A stretch of DNA of 64,000 nt from positions 25,966 through 89,965 of the forward strand of contig JAWETS010000010.1 in the NCBI GenBank assembly GCA_032480995.1. The letters run 5' to 3'. The position numbers and the translations under genes were made by a program. Below the pieces are notes generated by a model. It did no database searches. It was not told the DNA's origin and saw only the letters and a list, made by a program, of their open reading frames with translations. Each line of letters starts with the position of its first letter. The stretch's first letter is position 1. This document shows, in pieces, positions 26,900 to 37,990 of the stretch. This DNA is from Veillonella sp. GTDB taxonomy: Bacteria > Bacillota > Negativicutes > Veillonellales > Veillonellaceae.

Positions 26900-28417
26900 T
26901 TATTCTGCTTCTTCAGCTTCAAAATGCTTAGGAGCTTCTGGTTTCATCAACGGGAACAATAATACATCTCGAATAGATGCAGAGTCTGTTAAGAACATAA
27001 CAAGACGGTCGATACCAACACCAAGACCAGCTGTTGGAGGCAAGCCGTACTCAAGAGCAGTAACGAAATCCTCATCCATACGATGAGCTTCATCGTCACC
27101 CGCTTCACGTTCTTTCAATTGATCCAAGAAACGTTGTTTTTGGTCGATTGGATCATTTAACTCGGAGAAGCCATTTGCCAATTCACGACCATAGATGAAA
27201 GCTTCAAAACGTTCTGTAGCCAATGGATTTTCACGACTTGCTTTAGCAAGTGGAGAAATCTCTTTAGGGTGACCATATACGATAGTTGGCTGAATCAAGT
27301 TTTCTTCTACATAATCTTCAAAGCAAAGATTTAAGATTTTACCAATACCATCATTTTCTGTGTATTCTACATTTAAGCGATCAGCAATAGCACGAGCTTC
27401 TTCTATAGTTGTGACTGCATCAAAATCTTCACCAGTGTATTTTTTTACACCTTCAGCCATTGTGATACGATTCCAAGGAGGAGTCAAATTAATTTCTGTA
27501 CCTTGGTATGTAATTTCTTGTGTACCAAGTACTTCTTGAGCACAGTAGGACACAAGATTTTCTGTTAAGCGAATCGCATCCTCTACATCTCCATAGGCTT
27601 GGTATGATTCGATAGTAGTAAATTCTGGATTATGACGATTATCGATACCTTCGTTACGGAAGCAACGGTTCATTTCGAACACGCGGTCCATACCACCAAC
27701 GATTAAACGTTTGAGATACAATTCTGGTGCAATACGCATGTAAATATCGATATCAAGCGCATTATGGTGAGTGATAAATGGACGTGCAGCAGCTCCACCA
27801 GGGATAGCATGCATCATCGGTGTTTCCACTTCCATGAAGCCATCACGCATCATGTATTCGCGAATCTTAGCAACGATTTGAGAGCGTTTTACAAATGTAT
27901 CACGCACTTCAGGATTTACAATCAAATCAACATAACGTTGACGGTAACGAAGTTCTGTATCCTTTAATCCATGCCATTTTTCTGGTAGTGGACGTAAAGA
28001 CTTAGATAACAATGTTAATTTGTTAACTTTAATGGTAACTTCACCGGTATGCGTTTTAAATACGTGACCTTCTATGCCGATGATATCACCGATATCAAGC
28101 ATTTTAACGTATTTATAAGCCTCTTCGCCCAATACATCTTTACGGAAGTATACTTGAATATCACCAGATTTATCACGAATATTCGCAAATGCCGTTTTAC
28201 CATGGGAACGGATTGTCATCAAACGACCTGCAATAACTACAGGCTGGCCATCATATTTCAAGAAGAAGTCTTCTTTAATATCTTTTGCGTAATCTTTTAC
28301 GACAAAACGTTGTCCAAATGGGTAAATACCATCAGCTTCATATTCGGCTAATTTATCGCGGCGAATTTGCATTTGCTCATTCAGCTCTTCTTGTATATTT
28401 TTAATTTCTTCACTCAT
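26900..28417 (-). CDS. lysS: lysyl-tRNA synthetase, class II
   Basis: 505 aa with an OB-fold N-domain (...[23 protein letters not shown]...). Class II motifs ...FRNEGID..HNPEFT... and ...[14 protein letters not shown]... are present. Confidence 0.95.
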   Translation of the reverse strand: MSEEIKNIQEELNEQMQIRRDKLAEYEADGIYPFGQRFVVKDYAKDIKEDFFLKYDGQPVVIAGRLMTIRSHGKTAFANIRDKSGDIQVYFRKDVLGEEAYKYVKMLDIGDIIGIEGHVFKTHTGEVTIKVNKLTLLSKSLRPLPEKWHGLKDTELRYRQRYVDLIVNPEVRDTFVKRSQIVAKIREYMMRDGFMEVETPMMHAIPGGAAARPFITHHNALDIDIYMRIAPELYLKRLIVGGMDRVFEMNRCFRNEGIDNRHNPEFTTIESYQAYGDVEDAIRLTENLVSYCAQEVLGTQEITYQGTEINLTPPWNRITMAEGVKKYTGEDFDAVTTIEEARAIADRLNVEYTENDGIGKILNLCFEDYVEENLIQPTIVYGHPKEISPLAKASRENPLATERFEAFIYGRELANGFSELNDPIDQKQRFLDQLKEREAGDDEAHRMDEDFVTALEYGLPPTAGLGVGIDRLVMFLTDSASIRDVLLFPLMKPEAPKHFEAEEAE

Positions 28418-28446
28418 GTTATCGCCTCTTTGTCGGTAATTGTAAA

Positions 28447-28920
28447 TTATTGGATTGCTAACACTTTGAATGTTACAGGACCATCTGGTGTGGAAACCTC
28501 TACTTCATCGCCCTTACGTTTACCCAAAATAGCTTTACCTACAGGAGATTCATTAGAGATACGATTGTTAAATGGATCCGCTTCAGAGGAACCAACGATA
28601 ACATATTCCAATTCATCGTTGTACATAGTGTCAAGTACAGTAACTTTACTACCTACAGATACAACGTCACCTTTTACAGATTCATCGATGATCTTCGCAG
28701 TGTTAATCTTATTCTCTAACTCTACAATATGACCTTCAATAAAAGCTTGTTCATTTTTTGCATCATCATATTCAGAGTTTTCACTGATATCGCCATATTC
28801 AATAGCAGTTTTAATACGTTCTGATACTTCAATACGGCGTACAGATTTATAGTACGCTAATTCTTCTTCTAACTTCTTTAAACCTTCGGCGGTGAGTAAT
28901 GTTTCTTTTACGTCTGCCAT
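28447..28920 (-). CDS. greA: transcription elongation factor GreA
   Basis: 157 aa. ...[17 protein letters not shown]...[17 protein letters not shown]... and a C-terminal FKBP-like domain ...[22 protein letters not shown].... It lies 29 nt upstream of lysS, so the two are probably cotranscribed. Confidence 0.95.
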   Translation of the reverse strand: MADVKETLLTAEGLKKLEEELAYYKSVRRIEVSERIKTAIEYGDISENSEYDDAKNEQAFIEGHIVELENKINTAKIIDESVKGDVVSVGSKVTVLDTMYNDELEYVIVGSSEADPFNNRISNESPVGKAILGKRKGDEVEVSTPDGPVTFKVLAIQ

Positions 28921-29043
28921 GGGTACCCCACTCTTTCTACATATAAATAATAAGAAAAAGTGTCATAATAAGATGACACCTTATCTCTTGTTTCTAAATT
29001 ATCTCAATCATTATATAAAAATACTATTTATTTGTCAATCTGA

Positions 29044-30030
29044 CTACCCTTCGAACAGTATTTTGCGATATGATTCTAGCTCATTGTGAAAGCTCGTTAC
29101 AGTATGAATTGTATTCACTCGATTGCGCCAATATGCAGATTCCGGAAGTCCCTTCATATACCAGCCCGCATGAGTGCGTATCTCCTTAACGGCCATACTT
29201 TCACCCTTGTATTGGCATAACAAGTCAAAATGCTTTAATAACATATCTAGACGCTCTATATCGGTCGGTGCAGGTAACACTTCACCAGTAGCTAGATAGT
29301 GGTGAATGCGATCAAAGATCCAAGGGTTCCCTTGTGCCCCACGACCTATCATTACAGCGTCACAGCCTGTTTCATCAAGCATTTGCTTAGCATCTTCAGG
29401 CTCCACAATATCACCATTGCCAAGTACAGGTACAGATACCGCTTCTTTCACAGCCTTAATATAAGACCAGTCCGCATGTCCACTATACATTTGCTCCTTT
29501 GTACGACCATGTACAGCAATAGCAGCCACACCTGTAGACTCAATGCGCTTTGCAAAATCCACGACATTGATAGAGTCACTATCCCAACCAATACGCATTT
29601 TTACAGTAACCGGTACATCAACAGCCTCAACAGCGGCTTCTGCAACACGAGCCGCTAGATCAGGATTTTTCATAAGTGCCGAACCATCGCCAGAGGTAAC
29701 TACCTTTTTTACAGGACAGCCCATGTTTATATCTACAATATCGGCACCCGCATCGGCCACAACCTTAGCCCCCAAAGCGATTGCTTCTGGATTAGAGCCA
29801 AAAATTTGCATGGATACAGGACGTTCTGCCTCTTCAATGCGCAATAATTCATGAGTACGTTCATTCTTATATTTAATGCCCATAGCACTGACCATTTCGG
29901 TACATACCAAGGCTGCACCATGTTTTTTAGCCAGTAGTCGATACGCAATATCGCTAACCCCTGCCATAGGCGCTAATATGGCTTGACCATCAATTTTGAC
30001 AGCCCCAATTTGCCACTGTTTATTATTCAT
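29044..30030 (-). CDS. dusB: tRNA-dihydrouridine synthase B
   Basis: 328 aa. ...ILAPMAGVSDIAYRLL...IDINMGCPVKKV...VTVKMRIGWD...AVHGRT... is the Dus family signature. Confidence 0.9.
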   Translation of the reverse strand: MNNKQWQIGAVKIDGQAILAPMAGVSDIAYRLLAKKHGAALVCTEMVSAMGIKYKNERTHELLRIEEAERPVSMQIFGSNPEAIALGAKVVADAGADIVDINMGCPVKKVVTSGDGSALMKNPDLAARVAEAAVEAVDVPVTVKMRIGWDSDSINVVDFAKRIESTGVAAIAVHGRTKEQMYSGHADWSYIKAVKEAVSVPVLGNGDIVEPEDAKQMLDETGCDAVMIGRGAQGNPWIFDRIHHYLATGEVLPAPTDIERLDMLLKHFDLLCQYKGESMAVKEIRTHAGWYMKGLPESAYWRNRVNTIHTVTSFHNELESYRKILFEG

Positions 30031-30050
30031 ATAATTCTATTTCCCTTAAT

Positions 30051-30076
30051 AAAAAAGGTACAGCATAAGCTGTACC
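30051..30076 (-). terminator. rho-independent terminator after coaX
   Basis: Minus strand has GGUACAGC-UUAU-GCUGUACC followed by UUUUUUAUU. Confidence 0.7.
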
Positions 30077-30124
30077 CGAATGTACACTACTTCGTTACAT
30101 ATACGTAACTATATTATAGTAGCA

Positions 30125-30892
30125 TTATTTATTTCTTTCGTAAATAAGGCGTAAGCCTTCTAATGTAAGCATAGGTTCTACATGGTCAATGCAGTCTGTA
30201 GCACTGCTAATAAGCTGTGCCAAACCACCTGTAGCCACTACAGTTACATGATTTCCCATTTCCGCTTTCATACGAGACACGAGGCCTTCTACTTGACCTA
30301 CATAACCGTAGAACATACCAGATTGCATAGAAGACACCGTATTTCGGCAAATGACTTGCCCTGGGTCTCTCACATCGATACGAGGTAATTTGGCCGCCCG
30401 TTGGAATAAAGCCTCTGCAGAAATTGTTACCCCTGGAGTAATAACCCCGCCCATATAATCGCCATTACCTTGTACCGCACAATAAGTTGTAGCCGTACCA
30501 AAATCGATGATAATTAAATCGCCCTTATAAAGCTCATGTGCTGCTACAGCATTTACAATACGGTCAGCCCCTACTTCACGAGGATTATCATACTTAATAG
30601 CGATGCCAGTTTTAGTACCTGGACCTACAATAAGAGGATTTACATTAAAGTAGCGCAAACACACGCGCTCTAATGTAGGCATTAATGGTGGTACAACCGA
30701 GGAAATAATGATAGCATTAATATCTTTTACATCAACCTTACGGTCGTGAAAGAATAAGTTCATCATCAGCATGCCATATTCATCGGTGGTACGGACCCGA
30801 TCTGTGGAAATACGCCAGTGACCCACAAGTTCTGTCTTGTCGTATACACCGAGAACAATATTGGTGTTTCCCACATCAATTACTAATAACAT
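30125..30892 (-). CDS. coaX: type III pantothenate kinase
   Basis: 255 aa. [18 protein letters not shown]...[10 protein letters not shown]...VATGGLA... is the CoaX/Baf family pattern. Confidence 0.9.
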   Translation of the reverse strand: MLLVIDVGNTNIVLGVYDKTELVGHWRISTDRVRTTDEYGMLMMNLFFHDRKVDVKDINAIIISSVVPPLMPTLERVCLRYFNVNPLIVGPGTKTGIAIKYDNPREVGADRIVNAVAAHELYKGDLIIIDFGTATTYCAVQGNGDYMGGVITPGVTISAEALFQRAAKLPRIDVRDPGQVICRNTVSSMQSGMFYGYVGQVEGLVSRMKAEMGNHVTVVATGGLAQLISSATDCIDHVEPMLTLEGLRLIYERNK

Positions 30893-30901
30893 TAATGCCT
30901 C

Positions 30902-31876
30902 CTATTTACGCGGACGAATTGATACGTCCCCTGCCACAATACGTTTAATTGTCCCATCTGAGATTCTTACTAATAAATTACCATCTTCATCAATATCTGT
31001 AGCCACCCCTTCATAGGTATTGCCAGGAGCACGCACTTCAATTTCTTCACCGAGAGTAACAGATAATTGCCGCCATTCATTAAGGGTTTCGTCAAAGCCA
31101 CTATCGAGCACTTCATAATATTGATGTTCTAATTCTTCTAATAAAAGTCTAAATGCTTCTGTGCGCTCAATATCAATATCTTCCATCGCAAGGGATGTAG
31201 CAATTAATTTTAACTCTTCTGGTAGTTCTTCTTGTTTTGTTTTTACGTTGACCCCAATGCCCATTACAATATGAGAAATTTCTTCCATAGAACCAGACAT
31301 TTCTGTCAAAATACCTACTAGCTTACGACCATTCACAAGAATATCATTAGGCCACTTTATCCCCGCATCAGTGAGCCCCATCTTATGAAAGGCCTTTGTT
31401 AAAGCCACTGCAGCCATCAAAGTACACTTTGGAGCCTCTACAGGTGGAAAATCAGGGCGTAAAATCAAGCTAAACCACAAGCCTTTGCCAAATGGAGAAT
31501 ACCAACCGCGAGATAAACGCCCACGACCAGCAGCCTGTTCCTCAGTAACCACAACCGTACCTTCTTCTGCACCTTGTTGAGCTAAACGACGAGCTTCTAA
31601 GTTCGTAGACTCCGTGGTATCCATATAAACATATCGTTTACCAAATACATCTGTTTTTAAGATTTGTTTCATTGCCAAGGGGCTCAACAAATCAGGTTCT
31701 TCCAATAATCGATACCCTCTCTTGGTATAAGATTCAATTTTGTAGCCTTTTTGACGTAACGCCTTGATATGTTTCCAAATAGCTGTGCGCGAAACATGGC
31801 AGGCTTCGGACATATCTTGTCCCGATACGAAACTACCTTGGTTTTGTCTCAAGAATTCTAGCACTTCATCACGCAT
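30902..31876 (-). CDS. birA: bifunctional biotin-[acetyl-CoA-carboxylase] ligase / transcriptional repressor BirA (with N-terminal HTH)
   Basis: 324 aa. N-terminal winged HTH (...VSGQDMSEACHVSRTAIWKHIKALRQKGYKIES...). The ligase core has GRGRLSRGWYSP and KWPNDILVNGRKLVGILTE. Confidence 0.9.
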   Translation of the reverse strand: MRDEVLEFLRQNQGSFVSGQDMSEACHVSRTAIWKHIKALRQKGYKIESYTKRGYRLLEEPDLLSPLAMKQILKTDVFGKRYVYMDTTESTNLEARRLAQQGAEEGTVVVTEEQAAGRGRLSRGWYSPFGKGLWFSLILRPDFPPVEAPKCTLMAAVALTKAFHKMGLTDAGIKWPNDILVNGRKLVGILTEMSGSMEEISHIVMGIGVNVKTKQEELPEELKLIATSLAMEDIDIERTEAFRLLLEELEHQYYEVLDSGFDETLNEWRQLSVTLGEEIEVRAPGNTYEGVATDIDEDGNLLVRISDGTIKRIVAGDVSIRPRK

Positions 31877-31894
31877 AGTTTAGAGCCCCTTTCT

Positions 31895-31914
31895 TTGTCA
31901 ACCTAGGTTTACAA
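31895..31914. promoter_or_regulatory. 20-bp near-perfect palindrome TTGTCAACC-TA-GGTTTACAA; candidate operator at the birA transcription start
   Basis: 9 of 10 positions are self-complementary. The half-sites resemble the TTGTAAACC / GGTTTACAA half-sites of E. coli bioO. It begins 5 nt downstream of the predicted birA -10 box. Confidence 0.35.
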
Positions 31915-31918
31915 TTCG

Positions 31919-31947
31919 ATTGTACAAGTGTACCTTGTAAAATGCAA
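31919..31947 (-). promoter_or_regulatory. candidate sigma-70 promoter for birA-coaX
   Basis: Minus strand has TTGCAT (31947-31942), a 17-nt spacer, then TACAAT (31924-31919). Confidence 0.5.
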
Positions 31948-31967
31948 GGATTATTTAAAATAATTAA

Positions 31968-31976
31968 TGTTATAAT
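31968..31976 (+). promoter_or_regulatory. extended -10 element (TGTTATAAT) for the plus-strand ThrE-like gene
   Basis: TGnTATAAT lies 72 nt upstream of the ATG at 32048. No good -35 is present, which is acceptable for extended -10 promoters. Confidence 0.35.
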
Positions 31977-32047
31977 GTATATAGTATAAAGGTATACATA
32001 AAAAAATAGATAACAATAATGCTATCTATTATCCTTCGGAGAGATAT

Positions 32048-33391
32048 ATGAAACAGTTTACATTAGAAGAGAAAAATCAAGTTTTAGAGAACCCTTTTAT
32101 CCATATTCATCGAAAACTGGATGTACTACTCAACATAGGGAAGTTACTAATGGAATGTGGGGCAAATACAAATCGAATCATTGAGGAAATGCTAAAAGCC
32201 GCAACATTTATGGGAATTCCTCATGATTACTTAAATATCCATATTTCATATACCACTATTATGGTCAATCTATTACACAAAGAACGATCCATAACGGTCT
32301 TCAGAAAAACACCGGTTCATATTCCGAATATGGCTATGATCAATGCCGTATCAAAGCTCACATGGCGCGCCTTTGAGCGACATTACTCACTAACGACCTA
32401 TGAACGACTAATTGCCAAACTGGATACAACTATACCGACGTATCCAAACTGGATAAAAGGACTAGCTTGTGCACTAGGATCGGCAGGTCTTGCATACCTT
32501 TACAGTGGCGATATTATCGCATTCATTGTTACTATCATATGTTCTAGTATTGGTTATTTTACGCGCACCCTATCATGTAGATTAGGGCTTAATGAATATG
32601 TAGGAATCGCATTAGGCGGATTTGCTGCCATGATATCGGCTTATGCTTTTTATAGTCATGTAAATAATGAATCCTTACTATATGTACTCGTTTGCTGCAC
32701 CTTGTTCATGATTCCTGGGGTACCATTGATCAATTGTGTCATCGATATCATTAATAATCATATTTTATCGGGCATGACACGAGCCATTAGAACGCTACTC
32801 ATCGTGGGTAGCATGACTTTAGGTATGGCCATGGCACTCTATTTTAGCCCTGCACCGGCATTTAATTTCGTTGATATTAAACCTCATGTTATTTCCATAG
32901 AGCAAGTTATCGGTTCTTTTACAGCTGCAGCCGCTTTTGCGGTTCTTTTTAATGCTCCTGTCAGACTATTAGTATCCATTGGTATTGGTGGGGTACTATG
33001 TGTATGTATTCGCAATATACTATCCGTAGAATTAGGATTTTCTACACCAGGTGCTACCTTTATTGGTGCTGCCATAATGAGTATTATTTTTGTAAAAGTT
33101 TCTACTTGGCTAAAAACATCTAGCACTATCATTATTGTACCATCTGCCATTGCATTAATGCCCGGTATACTGTACTACCGATTTCTCTTCGACATGTTAC
33201 ACATCAATGCATTAAATGATGCTAGTCTAATCCTTATGATACAAAATGGTGTAACTGGCACATTTACAACTATAGCTATAGCAATCGGTGTAGCTATACC
33301 AAATGTTTTGGCACAAAAATATTTGCAAAAACTAAAAGAACAACGCATGACAGAACTTCTTGCCACACGTCATATAAACGATGGACAGTAA
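32048..33391 (+). CDS. ThrE-family (threonine/serine exporter-like) membrane protein, fused two-domain form
   Basis: 447 aa. The soluble-like N-terminus with ...LLMECGANTNRIIEEM... is characteristic of the ThrE/DUF1212 part. About 10 TM helices follow, with a second ThrE_2-like half. Confidence 0.6.
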   Translation: MKQFTLEEKNQVLENPFIHIHRKLDVLLNIGKLLMECGANTNRIIEEMLKAATFMGIPHDYLNIHISYTTIMVNLLHKERSITVFRKTPVHIPNMAMINAVSKLTWRAFERHYSLTTYERLIAKLDTTIPTYPNWIKGLACALGSAGLAYLYSGDIIAFIVTIICSSIGYFTRTLSCRLGLNEYVGIALGGFAAMISAYAFYSHVNNESLLYVLVCCTLFMIPGVPLINCVIDIINNHILSGMTRAIRTLLIVGSMTLGMAMALYFSPAPAFNFVDIKPHVISIEQVIGSFTAAAAFAVLFNAPVRLLVSIGIGGVLCVCIRNILSVELGFSTPGATFIGAAIMSIIFVKVSTWLKTSSTIIIVPSAIALMPGILYYRFLFDMLHINALNDASLILMIQNGVTGTFTTIAIAIGVAIPNVLAQKYLQKLKEQRMTELLATRHINDGQ

Positions 33392-33427
33392 AAAAGAGCT
33401 AGCCTTCTAAAAAGGCTAGCTCTTTTT
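33391..33427. terminator. bidirectional terminator between the convergent ThrE-like gene and ftsH
   Basis: AAAAAGAGCTAGCC-ttctaaaa-GGCTAGCTCTTTTT. The stem is flanked by an A-run and a T-run. Confidence 0.75.
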
Positions 33428-33444
33428 CATTTGGACAAAATCCA

Positions 33445-35373
33445 TTATTTAATTTCATTAGATGATGCTTCACTAGGATCTGCTACAGTACTAGTTATTT
33501 CTTTAGCATCAACACTCTCTGGTACTACGCTACCTTCTACTTCAGAAGCTACTTTAGGCTCCTCAGCTTCAGGTTCTTTTGTTGTACCATATTTGTAAAG
33601 ATTATCTACCGCTTTCGCATCGATTGTTTCCTCTTCTAACAAAGCATTTGCCATGTCATGTAAGAATTTTTCATTATCGCTAAGAAGTTTTGTTACATCT
33701 TTATAAGCTTCTTCTACGATACGATGAATTTCAGAGTCGATTTTCGCAGCGATTTCTTCACTATAGTTGCGCTCATGGCCTAGGTTTTTTCCTAAGAAGA
33801 TTTGTTCTTGTTGTTCACCAAACACGATAGGACCAAGCTCATCGCTCATCCCCCAACGCGTTACCATAGCGCGAGCAGTATTAGTTACACTTTGAAGGTC
33901 CCCAGAAGCGCCTGTACTGATTTCATCTAAAATCAAGGCTTCTGCAATTCGACCACCAAGAGCAACTCGAATATCTGCTAATAATTGAGATTTTGTTTTG
34001 TAGTTTTGTTCCTCAGTAGGAAGCATCATAGTGTAGCCACCAGCTGCACCACGAGGAATAATTGTTACCTTATGAACAGGATCTGCATGAGGCAATAGAT
34101 GTGCCACGATAGCATGACCAGATTCATGGTATGCTGTCAATTTACGATCCTTATCGCTCACAATATGACTGCGGCGTTCAGGTCCCATACTAACTTTTTC
34201 ACTGGCTTCTTCAACTTCAGCCATAGTAATTACTTTTTTGTTAAGACGAGCCGCCAAAAGAGCTGCTTCATTTAACAAATTGCTCAAGTCTGCACCAGTA
34301 AAGCCTGGAGTTTTCTTCGCAATTATTTTCAAGTCTACATCATCAGCCAAAGGCTTATTACGAGCATGAACTTTCAAAATTGCTTCACGGCCGCGTAGGT
34401 CTGGACGACCTACAATAACTTGACGGTCAAAACGACCTGGACGTAAAAGTGCAGGATCTAGAATATCTGGGCGGTTTGTTGCAGCGATAGTAATAATACC
34501 TTCGTTGGCACCAAAGCCATCCATTTCAACGAGCAATTGGTTTAATGTTTGTTCACGTTCATCGTGACCACCACCAAGGCCGGCACCACGTTGGCGACCA
34601 ACCGCATCAATTTCGTCTATAAAGATGATACATGGGGCGTTCTTTTTCGCTTGTGTGAAAAGATCACGCACACGAGAAGCACCAACACCAACGAACATCT
34701 CTACAAAGTCAGAACCAGAAATCGTAAAGAATGGTACCCCTGCTTCACCAGCAACAGCTTTAGCAAGTAATGTTTTGCCTGTACCTGGAGGTCCTGCCAA
34801 TAATACACCTTTCGGAATTTTAGCACCGATAGTTGTAAATTTGCCTGGATCCTTTAAGAACTCTACTACTTCTTCTAATTCTTGTTTTGCTTCTTCAGCG
34901 CCAGCTACATCTTTGAAGCTAACCTTTACATTGCCTTCACCCATCAATTTAGCACGGCTTTTACCAAAGTTCATCACTCGGCCACCGCCACCTTGCGTTT
35001 GTTGCATGATGAAGAAGAATAATACTACCAAGATGATAATCGGAATAGCAGAACCTAACAAGCTCATCCACCAAGCAGGTTGCTCAGGTGGAGCTGCAGT
35101 AATTTCTACACCATTATCTTGTAAAGTTTTGATTAATGTTTCATCAGTTGGCGCATAAGAATTGAATTCTGTTCCATTTTTTAGTTTACCTTTAATACCA
35201 TGATCATTGGTAATCGTTACGGACTCAACCTTTTTCTGTTGTACTTGTTGAATAAATCCTGTATAACTGAGTTCAGATTTATTCGCACTTTGACCAGAGA
35301 AAGCGTCAATGGCGATAACGAAAGCGGCAATGATAAGTAAATAAAGGACGATATTTTTAGTAAATCGACCCAA
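33445..35373 (-). CDS. ftsH: ATP-dependent zinc metalloprotease FtsH
   Basis: 642 aa with two TM helices. Motifs are Walker [18 protein letters not shown] region and zinc motif HESGHA. The start is a TTG at 35373, with AAAGGGG 7 nt upstream; there is no nearby in-frame ATG. Confidence 0.95.
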   Translation of the reverse strand: MGRFTKNIVLYLLIIAAFVIAIDAFSGQSANKSELSYTGFIQQVQQKKVESVTITNDHGIKGKLKNGTEFNSYAPTDETLIKTLQDNGVEITAAPPEQPAWWMSLLGSAIPIIILVVLFFFIMQQTQGGGGRVMNFGKSRAKLMGEGNVKVSFKDVAGAEEAKQELEEVVEFLKDPGKFTTIGAKIPKGVLLAGPPGTGKTLLAKAVAGEAGVPFFTISGSDFVEMFVGVGASRVRDLFTQAKKNAPCIIFIDEIDAVGRQRGAGLGGGHDEREQTLNQLLVEMDGFGANEGIITIAATNRPDILDPALLRPGRFDRQVIVGRPDLRGREAILKVHARNKPLADDVDLKIIAKKTPGFTGADLSNLLNEAALLAARLNKKVITMAEVEEASEKVSMGPERRSHIVSDKDRKLTAYHESGHAIVAHLLPHADPVHKVTIIPRGAAGGYTMMLPTEEQNYKTKSQLLADIRVALGGRIAEALILDEISTGASGDLQSVTNTARAMVTRWGMSDELGPIVFGEQQEQIFLGKNLGHERNYSEEIAAKIDSEIHRIVEEAYKDVTKLLSDNEKFLHDMANALLEEETIDAKAVDNLYKYGTTKEPEAEEPKVASEVEGSVVPESVDAKEITSTVADPSEASSNEIK

Positions 35374-35447
35374 AATATTACCCCTTTCAATAATAGTTTA
35401 GTGGCATAAACGAATTGAGTACATCTCGTTGAGAGATGCACTCATAT

Positions 35448-35456
35448 ATTATATCA
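35448..35456 (-). promoter_or_regulatory. extended -10 element (TGATATAAT) upstream of ftsH
   Basis: Minus-strand TGnTATAAT lies in the 88-nt hpt-ftsH gap. It is followed by a 10/11-bp hairpin (35417-35443) in the leader. Confidence 0.3.
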
Positions 35457-35461
35457 TATTT

Positions 35462-36007
35462 TTAATCTTGATACATTTCTTCCTTTAAAATACCTATATA
35501 AGGTAAGTGACGATATTTTTCTGCATAGTCTAAACCATAGCCGATAACAAAGTAGTCAGGGATGACAAAGCCCACATAGTCTACTTCTACATCCATTTTA
35601 CGGCGTTCAGGCTTATTCAACAACGCTGCAAGGCGTACACTCTTAGCTCCACGAGCATGTAAATTTTCTAGCAAGTAATGTAATGTTGTACCCGTATCTA
35701 CAATATCTTCTACAACGAGTACATGCTTTCCTTCTACAGAGCGATCCAAATCTTTTAAAATTCGAACTACACCTGTACTAGTTGTACCACTGCCATAGCT
35801 AGAGCAAGAAATAAAATCGAAGCTTACATCCACATTCTCATCGATAGAGCGAGCTAAATCTGTAAAGAAAACGATAGCACCTTTCAATACACCTACGAGA
35901 ACTACGGATTCCCCTTTATAGTCAGCACTGATTTGACGACCTAATTCAGCCACACGAGCCTTTAATTGTTCCTCTGTATATAAAATATCTTTTGCATCTT
36001 GATGCAT
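35462..36007 (-). CDS. hpt: hypoxanthine-guanine phosphoribosyltransferase
   Basis: 181 aa. PRPP-binding motif VLVVEDIVDTGTTL, and ...VGVLKGA..F..DL.... Confidence 0.9.
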   Translation of the reverse strand: MHQDAKDILYTEEQLKARVAELGRQISADYKGESVVLVGVLKGAIVFFTDLARSIDENVDVSFDFISCSSYGSGTTSTGVVRILKDLDRSVEGKHVLVVEDIVDTGTTLHYLLENLHARGAKSVRLAALLNKPERRKMDVEVDYVGFVIPDYFVIGYGLDYAEKYRHLPYIGILKEEMYQD

Positions 36008-36030
36008 CTATATGACCTCCGCAATTCATA

Positions 36031-37029
36031 TTAATGTTTGCAATATACTTTTATTGTATCACATTGAGCACTTACTTTTATACTTTTTATATTGAAAGTT
36101 TTCTTTTCCCCAGTGTTAACAATGTCGAGTAATTGCTCTTGATGAGCAGTGGTAAGCTTGATTTCAGGATCAAAGATGCTCACCAGTCTTTGCCACAATC
36201 GACGTTGGATAGCCAACGGCTTCTTACGTAACCCCCTACGAGATATAAACGCGCCCTCATCAGAGATAGTTACTAACTCATCAAACGCCATATCCGTTAA
36301 ATTAGAAATAAAAGAAATGTCTTCGCGTACAGAAGCCCCTAGCCTTACTATGGCATCGCTAACGATAGGATTAATGGCTTTTAACTCAGGTATAATGCGA
36401 TGACGAATTCTATTTCTTTGATATCGTACATCCTCATTTGTACTATCTATACAGTAAGAAATATCTTTCTCTTTTAAATATAGAAGTAATTCTTCTTTTG
36501 TGACATCTAACAGAGGTCTTACTACTGGAACAGTATAATCATTACTAACAACGGCCATGCCTGTCAAACCATTAAGTCCAGTCCCTCTAATAAGATGTGC
36601 TAAAATTGATTCTGCTTGGTCATCTTTATGATGAGCTACTGCAATATAGTCATACCCCTCAGACTGTGCTATACCGGTTAGCCATTGATACCGAACTTGG
36701 CGGCCTATAGTTTCCTCTGATAGCTTTTGAGCTTGACTCAATTTAGGCACGTCAAAGACAGCCGTATAAAATGGCAGTCCTAGTACGTCCGCTTGATTTC
36801 GTAACCATAGGACCTCATCCTTACTTTCAGGACGAATACAATGATCTACGATAGCAACTCCAAGCTCATATACTGTATGGCGATGTGTAGCAATATCTTG
36901 CAATAAATGCAATAAAGCCATCGAATCAGGACCACCAGAACAAGCTACCAAGATACGACAATTCTCAGGAAATATATCATGTAATTTTAAAGTGTGATTA
37001 ACGGTTCGAATGAGTGCTTTCACATTCAC
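36031..37029 (-). CDS. tilS: tRNA(Ile)-lysidine synthetase
   Basis: PP-loop ACSGGPDSMALLHLL. Start uncertain. The GTG at 37029 has GGAGG 9 nt upstream, and the ATG at 37050 is the longest ORF. Either choice overlaps the 3' end of the upstream ppx-like gene. Confidence 0.85.
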   Translation of the reverse strand: MNVKALIRTVNHTLKLHDIFPENCRILVACSGGPDSMALLHLLQDIATHRHTVYELGVAIVDHCIRPESKDEVLWLRNQADVLGLPFYTAVFDVPKLSQAQKLSEETIGRQVRYQWLTGIAQSEGYDYIAVAHHKDDQAESILAHLIRGTGLNGLTGMAVVSNDYTVPVVRPLLDVTKEELLLYLKEKDISYCIDSTNEDVRYQRNRIRHRIIPELKAINPIVSDAIVRLGASVREDISFISNLTDMAFDELVTISDEGAFISRRGLRKKPLAIQRRLWQRLVSIFDPEIKLTTAHQEQLLDIVNTGEKKTFNIKSIKVSAQCDTIKVYCKH

Positions 37030-37894
37030 GGGCCATCGCCTCCATACCATCTTGGTCGCTCACAAATATATGAGGGACCTCATAGGAATCCATAAAGGAC
37101 GTTAAAATCTCTGCCCCAGCAACAATAATGTCGGCACGCCCAGCGGGTAAACCTTTTACTTGTAGTCTCTCATCACGACTCATATACCGCAATTTCATAA
37201 TAATGCCTTCCACCGTTTCACGGCTCAATTTATGACCTTGTACCTTTGTGCCATCATAATGGTCTAAACCTAAATCAATAGCAGCCAAGGTTGTTAGGGT
37301 TCCTCCAATACCGATAAATTCACCAAATTCACCTTCAATCATCATCGGATCCCAAAGAAAACGAGTTTCCTCCCACACTCGTTGAGGCCCTTCGTCAGAT
37401 ATAGATTGAAGGCGTACCGCTCCCACAGGATAAGAACGGCTCCAGTACACTCTATCCTTGTTACCTAATGCAAGTTCTGTACTACCTCCACCAATATCAA
37501 TGGTCGTATAATGACGTCCATCCTCTAATTGATTTCCTAAAGCGCCATAAAAGCCATACATGGCCTCTTCAGCACCAGATAAAATTCGCCACTCCATAGG
37601 ACAGTATGTATTAATACGTTCCATAAATGCAAGTCCATTAGACGCTTCACGAACAGCGCTCGTCGCAAAACCAAAGCAATATTCAGCACCATATTGGTTT
37701 GCTATTTTTTGTATATCTGTAAAAGCTTGATAAGATGCTTCCATGGATTCAGCTCGCAAGGTACCATCTGTATTTCGTTGACCTAAACGGGTAGTCCACA
37801 ACTGCTTAGGCTCATAACGCCACTCATTATTCTCATAGGTAGCCAATAATAAACGCACCGAATTAGAGCCAATATCGATAATTGCTAACTTCAT
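36998..37894 (-). CDS. Ppx/GppA family phosphatase (exopolyphosphatase-like)
   Basis: 298 aa. MKLAIIDIGSNSVRLLL...TSAVREASNG...IDIGGGSTEL... is the ASKHA-fold Ppx/GppA N-terminal pattern. It is a short form lacking the HD domain. Confidence 0.8.
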   Translation of the reverse strand: MKLAIIDIGSNSVRLLLATYENNEWRYEPKQLWTTRLGQRNTDGTLRAESMEASYQAFTDIQKIANQYGAEYCFGFATSAVREASNGLAFMERINTYCPMEWRILSGAEEAMYGFYGALGNQLEDGRHYTTIDIGGGSTELALGNKDRVYWSRSYPVGAVRLQSISDEGPQRVWEETRFLWDPMMIEGEFGEFIGIGGTLTTLAAIDLGLDHYDGTKVQGHKLSRETVEGIIMKLRYMSRDERLQVKGLPAGRADIIVAGAEILTSFMDSYEVPHIFVSDQDGMEAMARECESTHSNR

Positions 37895-37990
37895 AATTGC
37901 TCCTTACATATAAATGATTTTCCCTAATACTATTATAGCGTTAATACTCTATACATAAGTAAAGAGATGGCTAGATGCCATCTCTCACTA

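Noticed and set aside
34549-35441. ORFs 34549-34770 (+), 34625-35158 (+) and 35217-35441 (-) overlapping ftsH
   Set aside because: The first two are antisense to the highly conserved AAA+ core of ftsH. The P/A/T/S-rich translation is typical of reverse-strand reading. The third is an alternate-frame ORF on the ftsH strand that runs across the ftsH 5' end into the hpt-ftsH gap. None has independent support.
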